From positions 32,001 through 96,000 of the forward strand of contig JBPOGH010000012.1 in assembly GCA_051252135.1 (NCBI GenBank): 64,000 nucleotides of DNA, in the 5' to 3' direction. Below the pieces are notes generated by a model that worked only from the letters and a program-made list of their open reading frames with translations, made no database searches and had not been told where the DNA came from. This stretch comes from Verrucomicrobiaceae bacterium. Its GTDB lineage: Bacteria > Verrucomicrobiota > Verrucomicrobiia > Verrucomicrobiales > Akkermansiaceae. The first letter of the stretch is position 1; each line of letters opens with the position of its first letter. Position numbers and translations under genes: made by a program. Of this stretch, positions 9,338 to 19,761 are shown piece by piece.

Positions 9338-11317
9338 TTAATCTTCTCCCGCTTCCGGTAAACTCGTCCTAACAACCCGATCCACGACATGTTTCGTTAC
9401 CAGATTCCCCTTAGAGGCCCGCCCCTTGATGGCTATTTCTCCAAAATGGAACTGACGGGAAACGTTCCGCAGCCTCAAAACCGGCTTGAGATGGACCAAC
9501 ACCACATTGTCGGCACTCGCTTGCTCGGAATCATGAACCGCAAAATAAAGCACCCGTGACCCCTTCGTCCCCTTCCCCATCTCGTAGACCTTATCCCGGG
9601 TCACTCCACCGGCACGGAATCGCTTCGCATAAACCGGACCATCCCGACCCTCACGATAGATCATCGAGTAAATCTTCTCTTCATCTTTCCGGAATACCGC
9701 CACATGAACCGGCCGCTTACCCACGAAAACCTTGTCCGTCACCTTCATCACCCTCATCTCTCCATCCTGGGAAAATGCGATAATGTCATCCAAGGTGGAA
9801 CACTTCTCAATCGGATCATCCTTCTTCAAGCCATAACCGGCAAAGCCATTCTTGAGATCAAGGTAAAGCGTCTCACTCGCCACAACCACCGCTGAACGCT
9901 TCACAACTCCGAATTCGGCAATCTCGGTCTTCCGCTCCCGCCCCTTACCGTACTTCTTGAGGAGGGCCTTAAAGTAAGCAATGGAATATCGCGTGATGTT
10001 CTTGATATTCTTTTCCGTTTCAGCAATCCGATCTTCAAGTCCACTGATCTCTTCGTCCGCGCGGAAGGAATCAAATTTCGAAATTCTCTTGATCCGGATC
10101 TCCGTGAGACGAGTGATATCATCAACCGTAATCTCTCTCTTGAAGAGCTTCTTGAACGACGTCAACCCCTTGTCGATTGCCTCAATCACCGCATCCCACG
10201 TTTCACATTCCTCGATATCACGGTAGATCCGGTTCTCGATGAAGATCTTCTCCAATGAACTAAAATGCCACTTTTCCTGAAGCTCACCCAAAAGAATCTG
10301 CAGCTCCAGCAGCAGCAGCTCCTTCGTCGCAAAAGCCGACGACTTAAGAATTTCTGTCATCCTAAGAAACTGGGGACGACCATCCGCAATCACACAAGAG
10401 TTCGGAGAAATACTGACTTCACAATCGGTAAAGGCATACAGCGCATCCCTCGTCGTCTCGGCATCAGCCCCGGCCGGCAAATGAACCAAAATATCGACCT
10501 CCTCAGCGACGTTATCGTCAATCTTGGAAATCTTAATCTTCCCCTTGTCGTTGGCGTTAACGATCGACTCCATCAGACTCACCGTATTGACGCCATAGGG
10601 AACTGATTTGATGCGAAGGAGTTTTTTCTTCTCTATCTCAATCTCCGCGCGCACCCGTACCTTCCCGCCCCGAATTCCATCTCGATAGTCACTGACATCG
10701 ATCAGACCACCGGTCGCAAAATCCGGGAAGAGTTCAAACTTCTCTTTCCTGAGCACCTTGATGCAGGCCTCAATCAATTCACAAAAATTGTGAGGCAGAA
10801 CCTTGCAAGCCAAGCCCACTGCGATCCCTTCGACCCCTTGTGCCAGAAGAAGAGGAAATTTCATCGGCAGCACAACCGGCTCCTTGTTCCGGCCGTCATA
10901 GCTCCGCGTCCACTCCGTGGTTTTGGGATTGAATGCGACTTCCAGCGCAAAGGGAGTCAGTCGGGCTTCAATGTATCGGGGAGCAGCCGCCCGATCACCG
11001 GTGAGAACATTTCCCCAGTTCCCCTGGGCATCAATCAACAAATCCTTCTGGCCCAACTGAACCATCGCATCACCAATCGAAGCATCCCCGTGGGGGTGAT
11101 ACTTCATCGTGTTCCCCACGATGTTGGCCACCTTGTTGTAGCGACCATCCTCCAACTCTTTCATCGAATGCAGAATCCGCCTCTGCACCGGCTTCAATCC
11201 ATCTCCCAAATGCGGAACCGCACGCTCCATGATCACATAACTGGCGTAATCCAGAAAGTAATCCGAATACATCCCCCCCAATGTCAGGTTCTCGCGAGGT
11301 TCATCGATTTCTTCCAT
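9338..11317 (-). CDS. parC: DNA topoisomerase IV subunit A (short GyrA/ParC type)
   Basis: FLDYASYVI.ERA, DGLKPVQRRIL, YHPHGD, AAPRYIEARL catalytic Tyr; no GyrA box seen. Confidence 0.9.
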   Translation of the reverse strand: MEEIDEPRENLTLGGMYSDYFLDYASYVIMERAVPHLGDGLKPVQRRILHSMKELEDGRYNKVANIVGNTMKYHPHGDASIGDAMVQLGQKDLLIDAQGNWGNVLTGDRAAAPRYIEARLTPFALEVAFNPKTTEWTRSYDGRNKEPVVLPMKFPLLLAQGVEGIAVGLACKVLPHNFCELIEACIKVLRKEKFELFPDFATGGLIDVSDYRDGIRGGKVRVRAEIEIEKKKLLRIKSVPYGVNTVSLMESIVNANDKGKIKISKIDDNVAEEVDILVHLPAGADAETTRDALYAFTDCEVSISPNSCVIADGRPQFLRMTEILKSSAFATKELLLLELQILLGELQEKWHFSSLEKIFIENRIYRDIEECETWDAVIEAIDKGLTSFKKLFKREITVDDITRLTEIRIKRISKFDSFRADEEISGLEDRIAETEKNIKNITRYSIAYFKALLKKYGKGRERKTEIAEFGVVKRSAVVVASETLYLDLKNGFAGYGLKKDDPIEKCSTLDDIIAFSQDGEMRVMKVTDKVFVGKRPVHVAVFRKDEEKIYSMIYREGRDGPVYAKRFRAGGVTRDKVYEMGKGTKGSRVLYFAVHDSEQASADNVVLVHLKPVLRLRNVSRQFHFGEIAIKGRASKGNLVTKHVVDRVVRTSLPEAGED

Positions 11318-11396
11318 GGGCAGCTAAGATACCTAAGAAGATTGAATGATCAACCTTCCCGTGCCAATGTTAAAATGGAGCCCGACCCGTTTCCAA

Positions 11397-13466
11397 TCAG
11401 GGAGCTTCCACAATCCGATAGAAACGCTTCGAAAGGGTCGGAGCGATCGTATCGGTAAAGCTAAACGTCACCGTTCCGTCCGGATTGTCAGCTTCGGTAA
11501 ACCCACCTGGCAAAACCAACCATGGATCCTCATTGTTCAAATCATTTGTCCGCTCGATCGCCCACACCAAGGTGCCCAAACCGGTCACAACCATGTCGGC
11601 CTCTCCGGTCGTCGGATCAATCGAAAGCGACAAAATTCTCGGGTCCGGCCCCACAGGAGGCTGAATCTCATCCGAATTCAGCGCGCCGGGAGTATCGATC
11701 GCAGGCACTTCATCGGAACCAAATGGGCCCAGAACCCACGCGCCTGTTCCGTTTGGAGAACGAAGAACGTGTGCCGGGACAAATCCTCCTTCACCAAGAA
11801 CATCGGTAAATCCAAGTGACGCGGCATATCCAAAGCCTACCGTCCCCGGTGCCTCCCCGGGCTCAACAATCGACACGGCATCAATGATTGAACCCCACGG
11901 AGTTGAATCGATCATCCCGTCGTTGTCTGTATCCAGGTCATCGTTAATCGAGCCCGTGAAATCAGTGACCAGCAAGAATGTTTCCGTGTCCCCATTCTCA
12001 AAAATATTTGTTCCGGCAAAATAATCCGGTGTGGCCCCAATGATTCCGTCATTCGCAATCAGAAAATAGTTTCCATTCACCGTACTTCCGGAGAGATCAT
12101 AGGCCCGATCGATGTTTCCCGAAGTGTCACTTCCTCCGCGATCCCCCACCACAATCAACCAAATCCGGGTAAGATCGTAATTGGGGGTAGCCCCAAAAAT
12201 CTCCAAATATTCCTGTGTATCCGTCCCCACGTTATCAGTTCGCAATTCGTTGATCACAATGTCTGGTGCCGCGAATGCTTCATCGTCTGTCACCACAATC
12301 CGAATGTCCGCAAAGAGAATAATTCCGTCGGGATCGCTCACAGTAAGATCAACTCCCTGCGCACCGTCAACGTCAGCATCGTTCACTGCGTTCACCGTGA
12401 AAGTTGCCGTAGTCTCATTGGCCGCAATTGATACAGATGCCGGTGCCGTAAGCTCTCCTGAATCAGAGTTTAGAACATCAAAGGTATAGCCATCCGGACT
12501 AGCAGCACTAATCGTAACCGTTACTACCGAGCTTCCGCCATTTTCAGAGATCGAAAGCGGATCGGCATCCAGAGAAATAGTCGGAACCGGATCCTCATCA
12601 TCTTCGATGGTCACGCTGGCGTTCCCTGAAAAAAGATCGTTTGCAGATGCCGTGATTGTCGCCGTTTGGCTGGCATCCTGATCACCATCATCCACAGCAT
12701 CGACATCGAAAGTTGCCGAAGGCTGTCCCGCTGGGATTTGAACCGATGCAGGAACCGTCACTTCGGAAGTATCACTGCTTGCCAGATTTACGGTGATCGC
12801 CGCGGAAGTATCTCCACTCCTGCTCACCGTCCCGGTCGCCGCCGCCGCACCAGCTGCTTCGGAAAAAGTGTCGGGAGAAATGATCAGAGTCAGACTATCA
12901 CCCGCAAAGGGATTGCCATCCACCTTCGTCCCCGGCGAATACAAGGAACCATTTGCTCCGGATGCTGTGGAATGCTCAACCAGTGGGTCGGTTCCAGTCA
13001 CATCTGGATCCCGGGTAATGGACTGGTTATTTCCACCCTCCGAACCGTAGGTATAAGACACAATGATGTTGGAATTCGCATCAGACAGGGTAACGGAATC
13101 ACCACCATTGTTGAGACCCAGACCGCCTTCACTCGAAATCTGGGTAATTGCGCCCCCAAATGTTCCTGTCACAGCTCCTCCTCCAAAAACAAGCACCACT
13201 TGACCATCTGCCACCACTGTTGAACCACTAAAAGTGTGCCTCAGGCCAAACCCATCCGTAATCGTCCAATTTTCAATATCAACCGAGACTCCCGTATTAT
13301 TGATCAACTCAACGAATTCATCGTTAGTGCTATCTCGGGTCCCGTCACCATTGGCATCACCGGTAATATCAGCAGCTGGGTCCGCATGAATTTCGTTGAT
13401 CACCCATTGGGCGGAGAGCGAACTGCCTGCCAAGGCAAAAATGAAAGGGGCATAGAATAATTTCAT
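11397..13466 (-). CDS. Secreted lamin-tail-domain protein with Ig/Calx-beta-like repeats
   Basis: Start reassigned to MKLFYAPFIFALAG (signal peptide); WVINEIHADP..DEFVELIN and a second IVINEL..EYLEI lamin-tail domain; two D-rich beta repeats; C-terminal ...RFYRIV. Confidence 0.8.
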   Translation of the reverse strand: MKLFYAPFIFALAGSSLSAQWVINEIHADPAADITGDANGDGTRDSTNDEFVELINNTGVSVDIENWTITDGFGLRHTFSGSTVVADGQVVLVFGGGAVTGTFGGAITQISSEGGLGLNNGGDSVTLSDANSNIIVSYTYGSEGGNNQSITRDPDVTGTDPLVEHSTASGANGSLYSPGTKVDGNPFAGDSLTLIISPDTFSEAAGAAAATGTVSRSGDTSAAITVNLASSDTSEVTVPASVQIPAGQPSATFDVDAVDDGDQDASQTATITASANDLFSGNASVTIEDDEDPVPTISLDADPLSISENGGSSVVTVTISAASPDGYTFDVLNSDSGELTAPASVSIAANETTATFTVNAVNDADVDGAQGVDLTVSDPDGIILFADIRIVVTDDEAFAAPDIVINELRTDNVGTDTQEYLEIFGATPNYDLTRIWLIVVGDRGGSDTSGNIDRAYDLSGSTVNGNYFLIANDGIIGATPDYFAGTNIFENGDTETFLLVTDFTGSINDDLDTDNDGMIDSTPWGSIIDAVSIVEPGEAPGTVGFGYAASLGFTDVLGEGGFVPAHVLRSPNGTGAWVLGPFGSDEVPAIDTPGALNSDEIQPPVGPDPRILSLSIDPTTGEADMVVTGLGTLVWAIERTNDLNNEDPWLVLPGGFTEADNPDGTVTFSFTDTIAPTLSKRFYRIVEAP

Positions 13467-13575
13467 CAATTTGGAATGGGGAGATTTCTGAAGACCGTCT
13501 GCACGATCCGCGCCATCTATACCCCCGCCCGCCTTTCTCGCCAAACACTTCTTTGCGGCGGTGCCGTCACGTAGC

Positions 13576-15423
13576 CTAAACCTCCGCCGTATCAACGTCC
13601 TCCCGCAGATTTTCGATGATGTAACCCTGACGATCGGGAGTATTTTTCCCCATGTAAAATGTCAGCATTTCCTTGAGACCCTTCCCCTCTTCCATCTGAA
13701 CCGGATCAAGACGAATGCTTTTTCCGATCATGTGTTTGAATTCATCCGGGGAAATCTCACCCAAACCTTTGAATCGCGTGATCTCGGGATTCCGCCCAAG
13801 ATCCTTCATCGCCTGCTCCCTCTCCGCCTCATCATAGCAATAACGGGTCTCCTTCTTGTTGCGCACCCGGAACAACGGAGTCTGAAGAATAAAAACGTGC
13901 CCTTCCCGAATCAACTCGGGGAAAAACTGCAGGAAAAAGGTCAGCAACAAAAGCCGGATATGCATCCCGTCCACATCGGCATCGGTCGCAATCACCACCC
14001 GGTTGAACCGCAACCCCTCGATATCGTCTTCAATCCCCAAAGCCGCCTGAAGAAAGGCGAACTCCTCGTTCTGATAAACAATCTTTTTGGAGAGACCAAA
14101 GGTATTGAGCGGCTTGCCTCGCAACGAAAAAACCGCCTGGGTTTCGACATCACGACACTTCGTAATCGAACCACTCGCACTGTCCCCCTCGGTCAGAAAA
14201 ACCGTCGTCTCGGGTCCCCGCTTGTGCTTCGTGTTGAAGTGCGCCCGACAATCACGAAGCTTCTTATTGTGAACTTTGACCTGCTTGGCCCGCTCTCTGG
14301 CAAGCTTCTTCACCCCACTCAGCTCCTTGCGTTCCCGCTCTGCAGCCAAAATCCGCTTTTGAATCGCTTCCGCCGCCGGGGGATTCTTATGAAGATAGTT
14401 ATCCAGCTCCTCCTTTAGGAAATTCCCGATAAACGTCCTCACCGTCTCCCCATCAGGAGACACCGTGGCCGATCCCAATTTTGTTTTGGTCTGGCTCTCA
14501 AAAACCGGCTCCTCAATCCGAACCGAGATTGCCCCCGTAATACCCGCCCGGATGTCGGAAGGGTCATAATTCTTCTTATAGAAATCGCGGATCACCTTCA
14601 CCAGAGCCTCTCGAAAAGCCGCCAGGTGCGTCCCCCCCTGATGGGTGTTCTGCCCGTTCACGAAAGAATAGTAATCCTCGCTTCCACCCGCAGTGTGAGT
14701 GAAGCAAACATCGATATCCTTACCCGCCAACTGAATGGGAGCATACAGCGCCTCATCATCCATCTCCTCCTTGAGCAGATCAAGAAGCCCGTTCTTGGAC
14801 TTGTATTTCTTGCCGTTGAAAACCAGCGCAAGCCCGGGATTCAAATAACAATAGTACCGGCACATCTTCGCCACAAAAGGCTCACGAAACTTGGTGCGCG
14901 CCGGAAACACCGACCTGTCCACCTCAAAGGCCAACCTCGTTCCCTCCTCCGATTTGTCGGCAATGGGCTCCTTCATCTCCTCGACCACCTCGCCCTTGCT
15001 AAACTCAATCGCCTTGGTCTTCCCTTCCCGCCACGCCTGGATTTCGAAGAAATCACTCAACGCGTTTACCGCCTTGATGCCCACCCCGTTCAAGCCCACC
15101 GACTTCTTAAATGCCTCACTGTCATACTTGGCCCCCGTATTGATCTTCGCCGCACAATCCATCAGCTTACCCAACGGAATCCCCCGACCAAAATCCCGAA
15201 CTTCCACCCTTCCCTCGTCATCAATCTCAATCCGAATCTCTTTCCCGTGGCCCATCACAAATTCGTCCACCGAATTATCCAGAGCCTCCTTCAACAAAAT
15301 ATAAATACCATCCTCGGGCGACGACCCATCCCCCAGCTTGCCGATGTACATCCCCGGACGAAGTCGGATATGCTCCCTCCAGTCCAAACTTTTGATGTCA
15401 TCTTCCGTGTACGTGGCAGCCAT
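13576..15423 (-). CDS. parE: DNA topoisomerase IV subunit B
   Basis: [58 protein letters not shown]. Confidence 0.92.
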   Translation of the reverse strand: MAATYTEDDIKSLDWREHIRLRPGMYIGKLGDGSSPEDGIYILLKEALDNSVDEFVMGHGKEIRIEIDDEGRVEVRDFGRGIPLGKLMDCAAKINTGAKYDSEAFKKSVGLNGVGIKAVNALSDFFEIQAWREGKTKAIEFSKGEVVEEMKEPIADKSEEGTRLAFEVDRSVFPARTKFREPFVAKMCRYYCYLNPGLALVFNGKKYKSKNGLLDLLKEEMDDEALYAPIQLAGKDIDVCFTHTAGGSEDYYSFVNGQNTHQGGTHLAAFREALVKVIRDFYKKNYDPSDIRAGITGAISVRIEEPVFESQTKTKLGSATVSPDGETVRTFIGNFLKEELDNYLHKNPPAAEAIQKRILAAERERKELSGVKKLARERAKQVKVHNKKLRDCRAHFNTKHKRGPETTVFLTEGDSASGSITKCRDVETQAVFSLRGKPLNTFGLSKKIVYQNEEFAFLQAALGIEDDIEGLRFNRVVIATDADVDGMHIRLLLLTFFLQFFPELIREGHVFILQTPLFRVRNKKETRYCYDEAEREQAMKDLGRNPEITRFKGLGEISPDEFKHMIGKSIRLDPVQMEEGKGLKEMLTFYMGKNTPDRQGYIIENLREDVDTAEV

Positions 15424-15468
15424 GGCGTTGTTAAGAATTCCTAGATATCAACCTATCAGTCAAGGTCC

Positions 15469-15514
15469 AAAAAAAAGCGCCGCACCCTGAAATCGAGCCG
15501 ACGCTGAAAAAAAA
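15469..15514 (-). terminator. Possible intrinsic terminator after the M15 peptidase gene
   Basis: On the - strand an AGCGTCG...CGGCGCT stem is followed by a T-run; the loop is long. Confidence 0.4.
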
Positions 15515-15531
15515 TCATCCTTGGATTCAAA

Positions 15532-16146
15532 TCACCAATCCACGTTCTGACCGCGGGTGTCGATATGGGTAAAGGTGCTGTAGCGCCCCACTCCTCCCTT
15601 GAAGTATCCGCTCTTTCGGATTCTCCGCGCAACCGAAGCAACCGCTCCGGGAGAAGTCTTGAACTTAAGATCCAGCGCATAATTGCGCATGTGCCAGGAG
15701 TTCGATCCCGCACCTGGGCAACGTCGGTTATAGGAAGGACTGCGATAGGCCGAGGTCACTTCGGCAACCGGCATTCCAAGAGTTGCACCAATCCGGTCGG
15801 CAACCTTCAGGGAATTCGCCATCGCACGCCACGTATTCCGCTCGGGAAGGCTGTTCCATAGCGAACCCTTGCGCTTGGCATGAGCCTTCAACACTTGCTC
15901 GGGAGTCACGAACTTCAGACGAAGGCTTTTCAAATAACTGCCATATGACTGAACACTCCGCTCACCCTCCTGCCGGACCCAATCCCGGGGCAAAAAGCTC
16001 AAATCAAGCGGGCGCTCCTTCCGGAAAAGAAATGCGCTGCTGACACTCGTGGAAGCAACCAGACCAGTCACCGCCACAGCGGATTTGGCTAAAAATGATC
16101 GTCTTCCGGGAAGAAGGAGATGGGAATTATCCTCAGGATACGGCAT
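15532..16146 (-). CDS. Peptidase M15 family (YcbK/D-Ala-D-Ala carboxypeptidase-like) with a Tat signal
   Basis: GRRSFL twin-arginine motif; SAYRS..YN, SWHM..YALD, FTHIDTRG. Confidence 0.88.
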   Translation of the reverse strand: MPYPEDNSHLLLPGRRSFLAKSAVAVTGLVASTSVSSAFLFRKERPLDLSFLPRDWVRQEGERSVQSYGSYLKSLRLKFVTPEQVLKAHAKRKGSLWNSLPERNTWRAMANSLKVADRIGATLGMPVAEVTSAYRSPSYNRRCPGAGSNSWHMRNYALDLKFKTSPGAVASVARRIRKSGYFKGGVGRYSTFTHIDTRGQNVDW

Positions 16147-16246
16147 GGCGGCGCGATAATATTGTGCAATTTACGACAACGCCAGCAGAAATATGAACAG
16201 TTAGATCGCCTTCCATCTTTCAGAAAAAATCTCGTTTCTTCAGGTG

Positions 16247-16274
16247 TTGACTTCACCGTTCCTCAAGCTAGCGT
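16247..16274 (+). promoter_or_regulatory. Probable sigma70 promoter of tRNA-Arg
   Basis: TTGACT-16 nt-TAGCGT, 17 nt upstream of the tRNA. Confidence 0.45.
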
Positions 16275-16291
16275 CCCCACACCTTCAAGGA

Positions 16292-16366
16292 GGGTCCGTA
16301 GTTCAATGGATAGAACAATGGTTTCCGGTACCATAGATAGGGGTTCGACTCCCTTCGGACCTGCCA
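16292..16366 (+). tRNA. tRNA-Arg(CCG)
   Basis: Cloverleaf: acceptor GGGTCCG/CGGACCT, D-stem GTTC/GAAC, anticodon stem ATGGT/ACCAT with loop TTCCGGT, T-loop TTCGACT, encoded CCA. Confidence 0.95.
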
Positions 16367-16510
16367 CTCCCGCGATCAAAAGCGGAGATCCGGCCCCCGG
16401 ACCGGCCCCCGGATTTTCTTCCCAGGCCGGTTGAGCAAGCAAGCCTCCCTCCCTTCCTGACTTTCTGATTCTCGGGTTTAAAAGTCTCCACGATGGGCTA
16501 CTGATATTCT

Positions 16511-18937
16511 GTGGACCCACTCAAGCTGCTTTCTTCACTTTTCAAAGAAAAAGGCCTGCGCCCCTTCCCTTTCCAAAGAGAGACCTGGAAAGCCGCCCTC
16601 GCCGGCAAATCCGGCCTCCTCCACGCTCCCACCGGCATGGGCAAAACTCTCGCCGTCTGGCTCGGCCCCGTTGCGGAAGCAGCCGCTGATTCCCAAAAAC
16701 CCGGCTGCAAGGTTCTCTGGATCACCCCCCTTCGCGCCCTCGCCCAAGACACCCAAAAGTCACTTCAGGAACCTCTCGATCACCTCGGTCTCAAACTTCA
16801 GGTCGGCATCCGCACCGGCGACACCTCCGCCTACCAAAAGGCCAAGCTCAACAAATCCCTCCCCTTCTGCCTCATCACCACCCCCGAGAGCCTCTCGCTC
16901 TTTCTCACTCACGATAACTTCCGCGCCAATCTCGCCGACCTCGACACCATTATCATCGACGAGTGGCACGAACTCATCGGCACCAAGCGCGGTGTCCAGA
17001 CCGAGCTCTGCCTCGCCCGCCTTCGCAAATGGTTCCCCAACCTGCGCATCTGGGGACTCTCCGCGACCCTCGGAAATATCGACGAAGCAAAGCGCGTCCT
17101 CCTCGGTTCTTCAGCGGACGCCGCCGTCACCATCTCCGGAACTTCGCCCAAGAAACTCCAAATCAAAACCGTCCTCCCTCGCAATATCGACCGCTTCCCC
17201 TGGTCCGGCCATATCGGCATCCAGCTCCTCCCCAAGGTCATCAAGCTCCTCGAAAAAGACGGCACCACCCTTCTCTTCACCAACACCCGTTCCCAGACCG
17301 AAATCTGGTTCCAGGCCCTCCTCGAAGTAAAGCCGGAGTGGCAAAATGAAATTGCCCTCCACCACGGTTCCATCGACCGCGAAGAGCGCGCCCTCGCCGA
17401 AGACCGCCTCCGCGATGGCTCTATCCGCTGCGTCATCTGCACCTCCTCCCTTGATCTTGGAGTCGACTTCTCCCCCGTCACCCAGGTTATCCAGATTGGT
17501 AGCCCCAAGGGCATCGCCCGCCTCATGCAACGCGCCGGTCGCTCCGGCCACCAACCCGGCGGCACCTCCCGCCTCCACTGTGTCCCCGGAAACGCCTTCG
17601 AGCTCGTCGAGTTCGCCGCCGCCCGTGATGCCATCGCCGAAAAAAACATCGAAGCCCGCCTCCCCCTTCACAAACCCCTCGACGTCCTCGTCCAGCACCT
17701 CGTCACCATCTGCATCGGCGAACCCACCTCCCCCTCCGACCTCCTCCACGAAGTCCGCTCCACCTTCGCCTACCAAAATCTCACCGAAGAAGAATGGCAG
17801 TGGGCGCTCGATTTCGTCACCATCGGAGGCAAGGCCCTCGCCGCCTATCCCAACTTTAAAAAAGCCACCCTCATCGACGGCAAGCTCACCATCACCGACA
17901 AGCGCCTCATCCAGCGCCACCGCCTCAGCATCGGCACCATCACCGATCACCCCACCGTCTCCCTCGCCTTCCGCGGCGGCCGCCGACTCGGCTCCGTCGA
18001 GGAATCATTCATCTCCAAAATCCGCATCGGCGGCGTCTTCATCTTCGGTGGCCAACGCCTCGAGCTCATCCGCATCCACAAAAACAAAGCCACCGTCAAA
18101 CGCACCGATAAGAAAGCAAAGGGCGAGGTCGCCATCTGGGGCGGCGCCCGTATGCCCCTCTCCAGCGAGCTCTCCCACGCCGTCGCCCAACGCCTCAAGG
18201 AGAACGCCCCCACCGGCCCCGAGATGAAGCTCATCGCCCCCATCCTGGATATTCAGAAAAAGTGGTCCCGTATCCCGCACGACGAAATCCTCCTCCTCGA
18301 AAAAGTCGACATCCGCTCCGAAACCCACCTCTTCGTCTACACCTTCGCCGGCCGCCTCGTAAACGAAGGCCTCGGCTCACTCATCGCCTGGCGCATCAGT
18401 CAAAATGCCGACCTCCTCATCCAGGTCACCATGAATGACTACGGCTTCGGACTCACCACCAATGGCGACCTCCCCTTCGAGCCCGACCTCTGGCGTGAAC
18501 TCCTCACCACCGACAAACTCCTCGAGGACCTCCTCGCCTGCATGAACACCGCCGAGCTCGCCCGCCGGCAGTTTCGCGATATCGCCCGCGTCTCCGGTCT
18601 CGTCCTCCAACAACTCCCTCGCCGCGGCGCCCGCCCCCAAAAAGACCTCCAAACCTCCTCCCGCCTTCTCTACGAAGTCTTCCAGCGCTACGATCCCGAC
18701 AACCTCCTCCTCGTCCAGGCCCGCCGCGAAATCCTCGATAACCAACTCGAGCTCACCCGCCTCAAAGCCACCATGGAAGCCCTCGCCCACCGCCCCCTTC
18801 ACCTCCAGACCTGCGCCCGCCTCACCCCCATGGCCTTCCCCCTCTGGGCCGATCGCCTCCAGGCCCACTACCAGGGACAGGATGCCACCACCCGCCTCGA
18901 ACAAATGCTTACCTCGCTCGAAACCGCCGCCGGATAA
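16511..18937 (+). CDS. Lhr-Core type (ligase-associated DNA damage response) DEXH helicase
   Basis: APTGMGKT, ITPLRAL, TTPES, DEWH, LSAT, SSLDLGVD, QRAGRSGH. Confidence 0.92.
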   Translation: MDPLKLLSSLFKEKGLRPFPFQRETWKAALAGKSGLLHAPTGMGKTLAVWLGPVAEAAADSQKPGCKVLWITPLRALAQDTQKSLQEPLDHLGLKLQVGIRTGDTSAYQKAKLNKSLPFCLITTPESLSLFLTHDNFRANLADLDTIIIDEWHELIGTKRGVQTELCLARLRKWFPNLRIWGLSATLGNIDEAKRVLLGSSADAAVTISGTSPKKLQIKTVLPRNIDRFPWSGHIGIQLLPKVIKLLEKDGTTLLFTNTRSQTEIWFQALLEVKPEWQNEIALHHGSIDREERALAEDRLRDGSIRCVICTSSLDLGVDFSPVTQVIQIGSPKGIARLMQRAGRSGHQPGGTSRLHCVPGNAFELVEFAAARDAIAEKNIEARLPLHKPLDVLVQHLVTICIGEPTSPSDLLHEVRSTFAYQNLTEEEWQWALDFVTIGGKALAAYPNFKKATLIDGKLTITDKRLIQRHRLSIGTITDHPTVSLAFRGGRRLGSVEESFISKIRIGGVFIFGGQRLELIRIHKNKATVKRTDKKAKGEVAIWGGARMPLSSELSHAVAQRLKENAPTGPEMKLIAPILDIQKKWSRIPHDEILLLEKVDIRSETHLFVYTFAGRLVNEGLGSLIAWRISQNADLLIQVTMNDYGFGLTTNGDLPFEPDLWRELLTTDKLLEDLLACMNTAELARRQFRDIARVSGLVLQQLPRRGARPQKDLQTSSRLLYEVFQRYDPDNLLLVQARREILDNQLELTRLKATMEALAHRPLHLQTCARLTPMAFPLWADRLQAHYQGQDATTRLEQMLTSLETAAG

Positions 18938-18942
18938 CCCCC

Positions 18943-19581
18943 ATGCACCTTACCCTCCACGGCCACCAGCTCGAGCTCCTCAGTGATCACGCCGTCCACC
19001 TCCCCGCCTCCTCCGCCCTCGTCCTCTCCGACGTCCACCTTGGAAAAGCCGCCACCTTCCAGGCCCACGGCATCGCCATTCCTGAGGGAGATAACGCCCG
19101 CGACCTCGCCCGCATCTCCACCCTCCTCGCCCACACAAAAGCCACCCGCCTCATCATCGCCGGAGATCTCTTCCACTCCGCCCAAGGCCACTGCCCCGAG
19201 CTCTCATCCTGGCTCGCCCAATGCCCCGCCGATCTCACCCTCGTCATCGGAAATCACGACCTCCGCGGACTGCCCCAAGACTTCCCCGCCAAAGCCAGCC
19301 CCTCCCTCATCCTCGATGGCATCGAAATCGTCCACGACCCGGCCGACGCCTCCCCGGACAAATTCACCATCTGTGGCCACCTCCACCCCTCCGTTAAAAT
19401 CAAAGAAGGCCCCCGCCGCTCCCTCCGCACCCCCTGCTTCCACCTCACCGGCACCACCCTCATCCTCCCCTCCTTCGGCTCCTTCACCGGCGGCCAGATC
19501 GTCAAAAGAACCCCGCAGGACCGCATCTTCATCCCCCTCCCCACCTCCGTGCTCGAAGCTCCGGCCCACCTCCTCACTTAA
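18943..19581 (+). CDS. pdeM: Ligase-associated DNA damage response metallophosphoesterase/endonuclease
   Basis: SDVHLGK, GDLFH, GNHD, HDP, GHLHP, LPSFGSFTGG; immediately follows the Lhr helicase. Confidence 0.88.
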   Translation: MHLTLHGHQLELLSDHAVHLPASSALVLSDVHLGKAATFQAHGIAIPEGDNARDLARISTLLAHTKATRLIIAGDLFHSAQGHCPELSSWLAQCPADLTLVIGNHDLRGLPQDFPAKASPSLILDGIEIVHDPADASPDKFTICGHLHPSVKIKEGPRRSLRTPCFHLTGTTLILPSFGSFTGGQIVKRTPQDRIFIPLPTSVLEAPAHLLT

Positions 19582-19728
19582 AACCCAGGCCCAACACCTC
19601 CCATTGCAAACTCACTGGACACATTGAGAATCGACTTGCCAAACACCCCCTCTCAACCTCCCTCAAAACCGCACCCCAATCCATCAAAACTCATTGATTT
19701 TAAGTCATTTGAGAGGAAGTTAGCCCAC

Positions 19729-19745
19729 TTGGCATAACGCGAGCA
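19729..19745 (+). promoter_or_regulatory. Putative sigma54 (-24/-12) promoter of the pgs operon
   Basis: TTGGCATAACGCGAGCA = GG-N10-GC; IHF-like AATCAATGAGTTT on the - strand at 19687-19699. Confidence 0.55.
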
Positions 19746-19761
19746 AATAGCGTGCTCCAAC

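Noticed and set aside
9160..9372. 70-aa + strand ORF in the parC-secretin gap
   Set aside because: TTG start, overlaps the parC 3' end, and is the codon-for-codon antisense of the better-supported 47-aa - strand ORF.
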